Shown here in pieces: positions 42,601-56,395 of a DNA stretch of 64,000 nt. A program made the position numbers and the translations under genes. How positions within the stretch are numbered: position 1 is the first letter of the stretch; every line of letters starts with the position of its first letter. Under the pieces are notes generated by a model. That model had not been told where the DNA came from. It made no database searches and saw only the letters and a program-made list of their open reading frames with translations. This stretch comes from Octopus sinensis (Eukaryota): positions 17,732,001 through 17,796,000 of the forward strand of contig NC_043002.1 in assembly GCF_006345805.1 (NCBI RefSeq). The letters are read 5' to 3'.

Positions 42601-43634
42601 ATTTAGTTCAGTGATATCACTTTTTTTTGTTTCAGTGGCTAGTTCAGTGACGGCTAGGTTTATGTTGTTTATAATTGGTGTTGTTATTGCGTTTATTTTT
42701 ATTCTTGGGAGGTATGGTCGGTGGTCCATTTTGAGCTCTGTGGTTTTCAGTTCTTTGATTATTTTATTTTTTATATTATCATAATCATTAGGCTCCCCCT
42801 CGTTGTTTACATCGTGTTTGTTGGGAATGTTGCGTTTGTCTTCGTGTTTTACAGTTTCAGTGTTATATTATTGGCATTGTTGTGTGGCTTCTATCTACAT
42901 TTTCCTGGTGTATTTTTTCTTTTAAATGTTCTATTTCTATTTCTGATATTTTTTTGGCTTTGAGAATGTATCTTCGTACGTTAGCTAATTTATTATGGTT
43001 CATTGCTGTATCCAAGTCTATATCTCTATTATTTTCCTTCCATATTTTATATGTATTGTTGTTGTATTTTCATTTTTTGGGTAGAGCATTGCTGTGAAGT
43101 ATGCGTGTAAGATAGAAATGTATTCCTCACGTGTCCATTTACGTCTTTTGGGTTTTAATTGCGGGACATGAGGTACAACGTCCGGCCCATTATTTTGACA
43201 GTCGTCATTTTCGTAGGGTACCGGTCCGTTTATTCTGTTGTCACATTATTTCGCACGTGTAGTTTTTCGTACATTTTTTTTGTAGGTTTAATGTACGTAC
43301 CGCTCGATTGTTATTCTTGGGTTGAATAGTATCGGTGGCATTTAATTTCTTCGTAGTTCCTTTGTACATGGTGTTTGAGGTCGGGGATGATCGTGTTGTT
43401 CCACGCATGTTTACATGTGTTGTGTTAGAGGTGGAGATAATATCGAGTCAAAATACATCATTTCGTTTCGAAAATAGTAATAAATTTCAATTAGTATTAC
43501 TTACTCGGATATAGTCCAATTCTTTGTTAGTAAATCTTTGGCTCCATAGGGTGTCCTTGTTTTCGATGTTTGTGGATAGATTTCGGAGCTCTGTATTTTC
43601 CTTCTTACATCTTAAACGTCGCCGGTGTCTTCCC
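39682..43634 (-). mobile_element. Near full-length R4/Dong-clade non-LTR retrotransposon (~3.95 kb), inactivated
   Basis: Single collinear ORF remnant with N-terminal, RT, CCHC and RLE motifs, a short 3' UTR, and (AAT)n abutting both ends on the element strand. Confidence 0.93.
39779..43180 (-). pseudogene. Frameshifted RT-endonuclease polyprotein of the R4/Dong element
   Basis: RRKWTREEY, WKAPGHDKIPNFWLK, GKTILIPK, NYRPIT, AWIDYKKAFDS, GIFQGDTLSPLLF, YMDD (~41330), FGLEKC, YKYLG, GGRGL, CRICG..H..SCP, RHD, NRPD, IDVSIP, KLSKYKDL, IIVGALG. Split over many ORFs in the track; stop TAA at 39779-39781. Confidence 0.93.

Positions 43635-43703
<69 letters not shown>
43635..43703. repeat. (TTA)n tract at the 5' end of the R4/Dong element
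   Basis: Direct reading. Confidence 0.95.
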
Positions 43704-43705
<2 letters not shown>

Positions 43706-43711
43706 TGAACC

Positions 43712-44438
43712 AAGGCGGTGAGCTGGCAGACTCATTAACAAGATAGACGAAATGCTTACGGGTATTTCGCCCGTCGCTACGTTCTGAGTTCCAATTCAGC
43801 TGAGGTCGACTTTGCCTTTCATCCTTTCGGTGACGATAAATTAAGTACCAGTGAAACATTGGAGTCGATGTAATCGACTAGTCCACGCCCCCAGAATTTC
43901 AGGTTTTGTGCCTTGAGTAGAAAGGATTACTATTAATTAAATGAAGTCGGTGAGCTGGCAGAATAGTTAGCACGGTGGGAGAAATGCCTACTAGTATTTC
44001 GCCCATCGCTATGTTCTGTGTTCTAATTCCGCCGAGGTCGAATCTGCCTTTTATCCTTTCGGAGTCGATTAAATAAGTACCACTTACGCACTGGAGTCGA
44101 CTTTGCCTTTCATCATTTCGGGATCGATTAAATGAGTACGAGTTACGCACTGGTGTCGATAAAATCGACTAACTCCCTCCCTTCTTGTGCCTAAACTAGA
44201 ATTAATTATTAAATGAACAAACTAGGCGGTCAGCTGGCAAAATCGTTAGCACGTCGGGAGAATTCTCAGCCTGTATTTCATCCGTCTTTACGATCTCAGT
44301 TCAAATACCGAGGCTAACTTTGCCTTTTATTTTTTTGAGGTCCCTAAAATAAGTACCAGTTGAGTACGGGAGATCAATCTAATGGTCTTAAATCTTACCC
44401 CGAAGCTTCTGGCATTCTACTAAAATTAGAAATCATTA
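43712..44438 (+). mobile_element. Three head-to-tail family A SINEs (alternative tail subtype): 43712-43929, 43944-44205, 44224-44438
   Basis: Three repeated GG.GGTGAGCTGGCAG-like heads, each followed by B box and core, separated by short ATT-rich linkers. Confidence 0.88.
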
Positions 44439-44654
44439 TTAAACGAACGAGCGTTTGATGATATATATTTGATTGCGCACTAAAATAATTAGCATTGATT
44501 ACTTTCAAATTTAGCCGACATGAAGTGCGACAAGTTGGCTAAATGAAAACATTTCTAAACTGATTAGTCCAAACGGTTCGCTTTGCTTATGAATTCAAAT
44601 CACGCAGGGTAACAAAACCCCCAGTGAACCACCACGTTTCATAATAATGTCCTT

Positions 44655-44830
44655 GCAATCTCTTCCAGCCTGTGGCGTTTGAGACATTTGGAGGAGCCGG
44701 GTGAGGTTCTTGTAATTCTTGGCTGCTTGCCTAGCCGAGGTGTCTGGGGAGGCCGGTGAAGGTGCGTGGCTGTTGCAACGCATTAACCTCGCCATTGCCC
44801 GTGGTAACGCTGGGAGCTTACTTTAGTAGA
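44655..44830 (+). mobile_element. 3' fragment of CRE-like (RLE-type) non-LTR retrotransposon
   Basis: LFQPVAFETFGGAG, then frameshifted LAEVSGEAGEGAWLLQRINLAIARGNAGSLL*, matching the F.P...ET.G..QR...A..RGNA C-terminal pattern of CRE-type elements. Confidence 0.65.
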
Positions 44831-46728
44831 CTCGTTTCAATAGGTTCCGTTGAAAATTGTTGTGTGCGACCAATTCAGGCACTTGGAGTTGAATTGATTA
44901 TTTCCCTCATTATTCTCCTTTCTTGTTTTTCATTTTGTCTTTCGACAGTTTTTTCTTTGTTTTGTATATTCGCTTCCTTTGATTAATTCCTATTAATACT
45001 GACTGAGTCATTCGCACCTGTGAAATCTATATGACTGTAAGACATAAACAAGTTCTTATTGTTTACTGACTTCAGATCAGCTTTTATCAAAGTAAGAACT
45101 TCTTAGTAACATTTAACACTTGCAATCAGTGTGCTTTTGCATCATATTTTATCTTAGTCTACGTTCCATATGCGTACAAACCTTTTCAACTTATTAGGGA
45201 TATGTAGCTGCTATTTCTAGCAGTAGTCGATCCTTGCCGATACTCTTGCATTGGCCCAAATTGCGTTATTGATACACTATATTCGCGTCATGGCTTATGT
45301 TAAATCCGGCGAAAAAACTGTGAATAGGACCTACTATGGTGTATTTCGATTTGGTGTCTTTAGGGAACTGCATAAACATTACATCATCGCATTTGGCCCC
45401 TTCCTCTTATTGATCTTGGAGTTTACTTTATAATCAAAATACATCCGTTCAGTAAGATAAACTTTTATAATTTTCCAGGAAGTTCATTAATATCTCGGTA
45501 AACTGTAGAAATAGATTTGATCATAATATTATCAAAACTTAATGTCTTGTACGTAATTGATTCCAAGAAGAATCAGGGAAGCCTGTTCGACTATGATTCG
45601 ATGCATACATTCAATTAGTATCTATTCAGAATCCATGTTTACAAGTGGATTTTCTGTGGATTACATACTTAGAGTGTATAACATTGCTTGCAATAGAAAA
45701 AAAAAAACATTATGATAATATATATATTCACGAACTATTAACATCTCCTAAGTATTCTCTCTCCCTCTTACATCCCCTCTCTGTCCCTGTCCCCCCCTCT
45801 CTCTCTCTCTTCCCAATTAATCTATTTATTTATTTATCTATCTATCTCTTACTGTTCTTTTCTCACTCTTTCTCTATTCTCTCTCTTTCTCATTTCACCT
45901 TTCTCTATATCTATTTCCTTCTTTGGGCATGTATCGCCTTATCATTGTAGTTGTATCATTGACTCTCTCAATGTCTCTATCACCCTCTCTATCAATATAA
46001 CTATTTCGTTGTCTGCTAAAAATACGCAGTTTCATATGCATCAGAAATGAGCAAATATATTCCCCGTGGCGTGTTTTATCAATTGGAAGTAAATGTCCTT
46101 GTCATTCCCTTCTCCATCCTCGTATTCCTTTTCAATCGATTGCTCTAAACTAATGCTGAAATATTTAATGATCGCTCATGCAAAGTTCATGTAAAGAGGG
46201 CTTTAAAGCAAAAATTGTATTTCCTAAACAAGAGGTACGAGCACGAACGCTTGCACATACAGCAAGTAAGAAACAAACATCATGTCCACACACATTCAAA
46301 TGATCATACAATGACATACACCGAAATAAGCTCACACATAGAAACATACGGACACGCATTCGGCAACATATAGCCACTTGTAGTGGAAATGCGCATGCAT
46401 ACATATTCATAACGTTTCACGTAGTCGCATATAATCTTCAGCGATGGATACGTTAACATCATGTTCAGCTATGATAGATTTATTAGTGTTCCACTTAATA
46501 GAGTAAGGAAAGGCAATTATATGCGGCGAGGTTTATCTTCTAAAAAGACAATTAAGCTCAGCTCGTTCTCTCGAGAGAAAAAAAATACAATATTTTCTTG
46601 AACGATTTTTGGTTAAGTTTGCAAAAGAAGGTAGGAATGGGAAATATTAAATATCACATCATAATGTAAAACGGGGGGAAAAAAAGATCAATAGTTACTG
46701 TTACATTACCCCTATGAGTATTGCTATT

Positions 46729-46783
46729 ATCATTATTATTATTAGTAGTAGTAGTAGTAGTAGTTGTAGTAGTAGTAGTAGTA

Positions 46784-46836
<53 letters not shown>

Positions 46837-47095
46837 GGTGGTGGTGGTGGTGGTGGTGGTGGTGGTGGTGGTAGTAGCGGTGGTGGTGGTGGTAGTAGCG
46901 GTGGTGGTGGTGGTAGTAGCGGTAGTGGTGCTAGTAGTAGTAGCGGCGGTGGTGGTGGTGGTGGTGGTAATAGTAGTAGTAGCTGTGGAGGTGGCAGTGG
47001 TGGAGGTGATGGAGTTGGCGGTGGTGGAGGTGGCGGTGCTGGAGGTGGCGGTGCTGGAGGTGGTGGCGGTGGTGGAGGAGAAGGAGGACGCCAAC
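46729..47095. repeat. Compound trinucleotide microsatellite ATT-AGT-GGT-GGC/GGA
   Basis: Direct reading. Source of the poly-T, S/G and V ORFs in the track. Confidence 0.95.
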
Positions 47096-47299
47096 GGTAA
47101 TGGCGACTAGCAAGGTGATTTGAAAGAATAGTTGGAGCATTCCAATAAAATGCATTGCGAAATTTATTCCTCCTATTTAAGGTCGCTGATGTTAAATCCA
47201 GCGAAGGTCAAGTATGAGTTCGATTCTTCCGTTAGAGGATATAAAAAAAAAATACAAGGAACTAGTCAAGTACTGCGATCAATGTAGTCATTTCTCTCC

Positions 47300-47495
47300 A
47301 ATGTGTGGACTTAGGCAAAATGGTTCGCGGTATATCGTCCGTCTCGTCTCTACGATCTGAGGTCAAATTCCGCCGAGGTCGATATTGCCTTTCGTCCCTT
47401 CAGGATCGATAAAATAGGTACCAGCTAACCACTAGGGTCGGTCTGATTTACTAATCGCCTTCCCTGAAATTGCTGGACTTTGCCAAAATCTGAAA
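47300..47495 (+). mobile_element. SINE family A, 5'-degenerate copy
   Basis: GGTCAAATTCCGCCGAGGTCGATATTGCCTTTCGTCCCTTCAGGATCGATAAAATAGGTACCAG. Confidence 0.8.
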
Positions 47496-49650
<2,155 letters not shown>

Positions 49651-49654
49651 AACA

Positions 49655-49800
49655 AGAGCATCGAAAAATACCTTAGGAATGAGAACCCAGGTTCGAAATT
49701 TCTCCAAGACACCTGATGAAGGCTGGAGGGTATATCAGCCGAAACGTTGTGTGAACAACAAATAAGATAAGGACAGATATCTGTCAAATGAAAATAATGT
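49655..49800 (+). mobile_element. Short hammerhead-bearing repeat (family F2, Penelope-like)
   Basis: Collinear with 61144-61290 (ATACCTTAGGAATGAGAACCCAGGTTCGAAATTTCTCCAAGACAC...GGACA.ATATC.GTCAAATG). Confidence 0.75.
49709..49752 (+). ncRNA. Minimal type I hammerhead ribozyme (canonical core)
   Basis: ACAC-CTGATGA-A-GGCTG gagggtatat CAGCC-GAAAC-GTT-GTGT. Helix I ACAC/GTGT, helix II 5 bp, palindromic AACGTT, predicted cleavage 3' of 49748. Confidence 0.82.
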
Positions 49801-49999
49801 TGATATTGTTAAGTTACTTATCTTTCGCATCGCATAAGGAAATTTACATCTGTTTCAAAGTGTCACAAAGTACAAGGCATAGCTGTTCCTTATATGCGTC
49901 ACCCGTAAAGAGCTTCTGCAGATTAGTTCATGCCAATGTTATATATGGGATGTCACATTTGTCCCATTTATGGAAGGGATTTTTAATAGGAATGTATTT

Positions 50000-50154
50000 C
50001 AAAATCATGGGTGGTTCGTTATCAAGATAAACAGTGTATGACCTTGCAGGTGAGGCCCAGTTAGAATTTTCTTCTGGTCGAGTAGCCCATCCCACTCCAA
50101 AGGTCCCTGAATGATGATTGTTTAAAGATATTGGACGAACCACCCATGATTTTG
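50000..50154 (-). repeat. Family E fragment enclosed by a perfect 20-bp inverted repeat
   Basis: CAAAATCATGGGTGGTTCGT (50000-50019) and ACGAACCACCCATGATTTTG (50135-50154). The interior matches 49350-49420 in reverse. Confidence 0.85.
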
Positions 50155-50880
50155 CTCTTTGCTTTATGTGAAGGGCTATATGAAAATATCGTTTTTATTA
50201 ATACAGTATTTGGATATAAGCATTCATTTTATCCATTTTGTTTCTGTTTCAGAACAACAGAGGAGATTAAACTGTGAACAAAATGAATAAAATGTTGTAA
50301 CCTCTGTTCCCTTTCAGTTTGCAAACTGTAAAAAGAAATTTATTTTATCACAGGATCTGATGGCGTTTTTGTGTGATTCACACTTCCCCTTTAGTTTTGC
50401 GTTGTTATTTCCAAATGATTTTCTGCATGATATTTTAACTCTTTACACTTGTGCCTTCTATTTCGATTTTCTATTACGTGGTGGGCTTACATTGCATTCA
50501 TGTTATTGCTTTCATAGTTTCCACATTCAATTTCTGCGGTTTATAATTTAGATGTTGATGTTTCACGAGAAATATCAACGATTCTAACTAAGAATGATAA
50601 TAACAGCTATGATTCCAAACAGTGAAGGAGAAGAGCGCTCTTTACTGAAGTAACGTAGAAATATGATCATACATTCTGATAGAGGTTATAATAATTAAGT
50701 GGCGAGCTTTTTAAGGGTTCCCGCAGAAAAGAAAGTTACACAAGAACTTAGTAGGATTTGAACAGAGAATGTTATAGTATGCATAAATATATTTACTCTC
50801 TTGTTCTATCAAATCACCACCTTCTTCGCATTTATATCAAGCAGAACATATAAAAGTAATAGCGAGCAGCTGACAGAAAA

Positions 50881-50891
50881 GATGACGATGG

Positions 50892-50932
<41 letters not shown>

Positions 50933-51282
50933 GTGTTGGTGATGATGATCATGGTGGTGGTGGTGGTGATGGTGATGGTGATGACGATGATGATGATGAC
51001 GATTGCGACGACGACGAATATGATGATGATGATGACGACGAGGATGATGAAGGTGGTGGTGATGGTAATGGTGATGACGATGATGATGATGACGATTGCG
51101 ACGACGACGAATATGATGATGATGACGACGATGATGATGAAGGTGGTGGTGATGGTGATGGTGATGACGATGATGATGATGATGATTGCGACGACGACGA
51201 ATGTGATGATGATGACGACGATGATGATGATGGTGAGGATAATGATGATGGGAGTGATGACGACGATTATGACTATGATGAC
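50881..51282. repeat. (GAT/GGT/GAC)n compound microsatellite with a 90-93 bp higher-order period
   Basis: GATTGCGACGACGACGAAT recurs at 51001, 51094 and 51184. Confidence 0.92.
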
Positions 51283-52112
51283 AGAATTATTAAAATCTGA
51301 TTTTTAAAAAAAATCAAAGAGATAAGCAATAAGTTGAAACGATGTGGTATCTAATATCTGTTTCAAGATAGCACCATAAAAATATCATTAATGCTATATT
51401 GGCTATTGGTCTAGTGGGACAATTGATAGTTAGGAGAGCTACTCTATAAAACTGAGGAAGTTTTAATTACCAATGTGTTTGTTATGGGAATGAATGCCAT
51501 AAAAATCCAGCAATTTCACTCTGTAAGTGCTTCGGACGTAGATTTATTTTCAATCATTATAGTAGTTTTATTTCTTCCGATCTGCAGCCCTACCAAGAAA
51601 AAATCTATATAAAGCTAAATAACTGTTTCCGAGTTATTTACTGTAGCTTCGAAAACGGGAAAATGGCTTTGTAATATTTTTACATACGTTTTCTTTAATT
51701 GAAATATCTCTCTGATCATTGATTTCCTAGTCTCTGTAACTGTTTCATACACAATCCAAGTCATTCATAAAGACTGAAAACTGTTTGCTTTGTTGATAAG
51801 ATAATGGGTCACCGAGACGATATGTCCTGTAATCGTTATTGCCTCTTATCTATTACCGATCAACGTTCGATTTCACTTAGCTGCGAGCAGCTATATCCAA
51901 ATAATATAATTCACTGCTGCAGATTAGGGGACAGAATAGCTTATCCAGTATTTCTTGACCCGGAAGTGAAAACATTACATTAAACTACTAAAGTGAATAA
52001 CATTAGGTGAGATACTTCAGTTTTTTTCATATCTGAAAGCAAGGAACAGAAATGATTGAGTACCTAGCAAAATTTTCCTTCAGAATTTAGTAATATCTAT
52101 TTATGTTTGAGT

Positions 52113-52358
52113 GACGCAGGAGTGGCTATGTGGTAAGTAGCTTGCTTACCAACCCCATGTTTCCGGGTTTATTCCCACTCCGTTGCACCTTGGGCAAGTG
52201 TCTTCTACTAAAACCTCGCACCGACCAAAGCATTCTGAGTGGATTTGGCAGGCGGAAACTGAAAGAAGCCCGTCGTATATATGAATAAATATATTTATAT
52301 ATATGTATATGTGTAAATGTTTGTGTGTCTGTGTTTGTCCCCCCCAACATCACTTGAC
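52113..52358 (+). mobile_element. SINE family C, 5' two-thirds
   Basis: GACGCAGGAGTGGCTATGTGGTAAGTAGCTTGCTTACCAACC..CACCTTGGGCAAGTGTCTTC..GAAACTGAAAGAAGCCCGTCG. Confidence 0.9.
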
Positions 52359-52473
52359 TTCATTAGGTTCTGAGCTCAAATTTCATCGATGTCCACATTG
52401 CTTTCATTTTGTTGGGTTCTACAAAAGAAAAATCAGTCAAATACTGAAGTCTGTTATAATTATTATCTTTGTT

Positions 52474-52880
52474 AAGGTGGCGAACTAGCACAATCTTTAG
52501 CATGCTAGACGAAATGCTTAGCGGTATTTCGTCTGCCGCTACGTTCTGAGTTCAAATTCCGCCGAGGTCGACTTTGACTTTCATCATTTCGGGGTCGATT
52601 AAATAAGTACCAGTTACGCACTGCGGTCGATATTATCGATTTAATCCGTCTGTCTGTCCTTGTTTGTCTCCTCTGTGTTTAGCCCCTTGTGGATAGTAAA
52701 GAAATAGGTATTTCACCCGTCGCTCCGATCAGAGGTCAAATTCCACCGGGGTTCATTTTGCATTTCATCCTTTCGAAGTCGATATAATAAGTACCAGTTC
52801 AACACTGGAGTTCATGTAATCGACTCGTCCCCTTCCCCAAAATGGCTGTCCATATGACAAAATTTGAAGCCATTAGTGTT
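52474..52880 (+). mobile_element. Family A SINE dimer (head plus two bodies)
   Basis: Diverged head, conserved body 52523-52706, then a second more diverged body starting GGTATTT at 52707 with the alternative tail. Confidence 0.88.
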
Positions 52881-53339
52881 ATTATTGTTATTGTTATTAT
52901 TATTTTTGTTGTTCGTCTATCGACACTTATTGCACGCCGCTCCCGTAATTTTGTAGATATATTGTTTCATAGATTTACGTATTGCACATTTGTTATCATT
53001 ATAAAGATGAACTAACAACAGGTTTAAGAAGCTAGTTTTTTCTGCACATATAGCGCTTAGGAGCTAAATTGAGGTTTTGTAATAAACACGCCCCTCAATG
53101 TTTGTTTGAAAATCAAAGATGAGGGACGAGGATTATTCGTCCGCTGAAAAGAACAATCAGTCATCTGCAGAATAGAATAGTCAAATTGTAAAAGACAGTA
53201 AAAGAAGCAAAAGTAACAAGGACTACGATGACAATGACTACAACAACAAGAACGTCGATGACGACGCCAATGCCAACAATAACAACAACGTAGCAAGTGA
53301 AGGGTATGAACGTAATTCTCGATGCTAAAACTCTCCGCA

Positions 53340-53900
53340 GTGCTATGAAGGTAACATTAAAATGACAACAAACAACACAAGCGAGAACACTGCTATCTCC
53401 ACCGCCAGTGGCAACAACAAACCCAGAAGCGCCAATATCATTGACGGAGAAAGAATGAATAATGAAAATGAGCCATGCAAATCAGCCGTTGGCGGTTTCG
53501 CCGACGCGATGCAGCAGATAAGCAAAGAAATTAACATAAATGAAAACTGCTTTAAGAAGATAAATATGGGCAAAATATGACGTTGAATGTCGTAGGTCTG
53601 TCCAGCAGGATTATCATTATTTGATGACAGTTCTATACAAAATAATTGGATCAAGCATTAGAATAAAAGAGGCAACATACCAGAAGATTGAAAAAATTGT
53701 CGGCTACCAGTTAGGAAGAACAAAACTTATAGAGCCAGAGAGGAAAATATGGGACCATCGAAGTGAGAATCGCATCAGGGGAAGAGGCCAAAACGCACTC
53801 AACAACTCTACCAGATGGCACAAATCTTCACGTGGGGCAAAAAGGCGAAATTTCACCTGCGCGGGGACACAAATCACCTCAAAGTCGTTTGCCAACAGCC
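53340..53900 (+). other. Decayed coding-like segment, possibly a non-LTR ORF1 5' remnant
   Basis: Overlapping non-repetitive ORF pieces (53362-53580, 53621-53911, GTIEVRIASGEEAK..) with no diagnostic motif. Confidence 0.25.
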
Positions 53901-55088
53901 AGAAGAAGTAAAAACCACCCATTTCCGGTGTTTTTCTGTTTCAAACATTTCTTCGGATTTCTATAGTCTTCGATATAGGAGAATACGATTTTGCCCAAAA
54001 ATCACGTTTTCAAAATTTTATTTCCCTCACCCCAATTTCTTAATTTTTGAATTTTGTCGATTTTTTTAAATCCATGTAAAAAAAAATGCAGAGATTACGT
54101 ATAAGCTGGTGGTTTGTGGGTCTAAGGACGAGGCCCGCATGCCAGGCCGAGGGTGCTGCTCCTCCACATTTGGCTGATGGTAGATCTTCCCTTGGGGTGG
54201 ATAACGGGCCATTTCCACTCCAGGTACATTAGTAATCCCCCGAATTGACTAAAACATGGATATGAAAGGCTTTTTCTATCCAATAGTCCTCACTGAATCT
54301 AATATGTAATACACCTTCGATGAAGTCCTCACTCTTTGAGCTTTATTTTTTTGAGGACTGAGAGGCTGGTTTATTAGAGCCCCTCAAATATTTTTTTTAT
54401 GCCTATTTGTTTTGTTTTGTTTTTTTTTTTGTTTTTTATTATTATTCCGAGAAGGTAGCAAGGTTATCGTGCCTTGCTTCGGTAGAGAATTTAATACGAA
54501 CAAATTTGTCCTAATATAAAAGTCGTTTGCCAACAGCCACAAAAAAGTAAAAGCGCGCCAGCCGAGATCATTGCCATCATCACCACTACCAACACCATCA
54601 TCAACACCACCATCATCATCACAACACAACAACAACAGCAACAGCGAGAAAAATAGAAACAACAGCAGCAAGAGAGGCAGGTTGTCACACATCATCATTT
54701 ACAGGACCGAAAATAACAGCTGCGAATACAGCTGCAACAACAATTAATGCAACATCCGCAGCAACATCACCAACACCAAGAACAACGACAACAGCACCTG
54801 CAGAAACTCCAAAGATAATAACATCAAGGTAAAATAAAACACACAAAAATCTCCCCAAAACATACCCCTTCCGTTTTCAGCTCACTTAGATATTGTATGT
54901 TCTGTAATGAAGTGTATAGCGAGAAGCCTAGATGGCAAACGGTCACCAAGGCCAAGAGAAATTACACCAATGCAAAAAGCTATCAAATACGAATAAACGA
55001 GGAAGTTGTCCCTGAGTAACAATGCTTAAACAGCACTCCCAGCCATAGCCACTCTAACATTCTCAACATTATCCCCAACACTGCCACA

Positions 55089-55168
55089 ACTCACAGACAC
55101 CCCTACTACCGGCATACTCACAGACACCCCTACTACCGGCATACTCACAGACACCCCTACTACAGGCA
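55089..55168. repeat. 27-bp tandem repeat, about 3 copies
   Basis: ACTCACAGACACCCCTACTACCGGCAT twice, plus a 26-bp third copy with one substitution. Confidence 0.95.
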
Positions 55169-55369
55169 AAGCCTAATTCACACGAACAACAGCTTTTTCA
55201 CGAATCCCAACACGAACGAAATTTAAACATAAACTACACTTGTCATAAACGCGACAAAGTTCTGACGGAACAGATACAAGGCCATACAGATCTCACTGAA
55301 AGCAATTTCTTTACATCGACAACCAACATACCTATGCGCGTAAAAATCGTACAAATTACACATCATATA

Positions 55370-56395
55370 CGAAGGGTGTTCATTAAAGATTTCCCCTGAC
55401 CCACTTCCCAAGGACTGGGATAAGCGAAACTTGGCATAATTATTAATCCTTCTCTAAATAGCCACCACCAATGGTGACACTTCTACCATCGCTTTATGCA
55501 ACTTTGAAGACCTCGTCTGTAGAAGTTGGTAAGTTGGGTCTGGAGCCAAGACTTCTCATCGGAAATAAGTTCATCATAATACGAAAAGTGCTTCCCCTTT
55601 AAAAAAAGACTTCATAGTTGGAAAGAGATGGAAGTCAGATGGTACGGGGTCGGGAGAGTAAGGGGGTGAGGGAGGATTTCATAGTCACGGGAGTGTGCTT
55701 TCATCTGGGCAACATGTGCAATGTGAACTAGGGAGTTGTCTTGCAGGAAGCGGACACATTTGGTCAGCATGCCACGCCTCTCTTGCTTTGATGGTGCCTT
55801 GCAATTTGTGCAAAATAGAAGAACAATATGCCCCGTTAACTGTGATGCCCTTTGCCAGAAAATCCATCACCACTACTCCGAGCTGGTCCCAAAAGACTAT
55901 GAGTATCACTTTGCCTGCTGTCGGTTGGACACGAGCCTTCTTTTGAGGTTATGAGTTATCATGCTTCCATTACTTCCATTCGACCTTAGTCTCAGGATCT
56001 TAGTGATGGACTCATGTTTCATATCTGTGATAAGTCTGACGCAAAAGTGTTCCTTGCTTTTTTTTATTTTTTGACACATTGCCAAATGAGACTAGCTCCC
56101 GCTTGTGATAACGTGAGAACATCAGATGAATCCATCGGGCAGACAACTCCCACGTGTGCAAATGGTCGTGAATGATTTTTTCCACAGTCCCTACACTTCC
56201 TTTCACTTCTTGGGCTAGTTGACGAATAGTTATACGACGCTCCTCCAAAATGGCGGCTACGATTTTATGGGTGGTGTCGCCATCAATGGCGGAATGCTGT
56301 CGTCCAGGAATAGAAACAGTTTCTACCGATGTCTGACCACATTTGAACTGAATGAAAAATAAAAACATTTCTAAAATCTTTATTACCCTGATATT
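55370..56395 (-). mobile_element. Decayed mariner transposon, 5'-truncated
   Basis: TA + CGAAGGGTGTTCA terminal repeat at 55368. FKCGQTSVE..PGR..RRITIRQLAQEV..SARWI, MLIVFWDQLGVVVMDFLAKGITVNGAY. Confidence 0.9.

Noticed and set aside
46408-46446. Minus-strand CTGAAGA...GAAACGTT motif
   Set aside because: Helix II is only 3 weak pairs and helix I is out of register. At best a very old hammerhead relic.
54315-54365. CGATGAA-GTCCTCA...TGAGGAC hairpin resembling a hammerhead helix II
   Set aside because: It lacks the CUGA start and the downstream GAAA.
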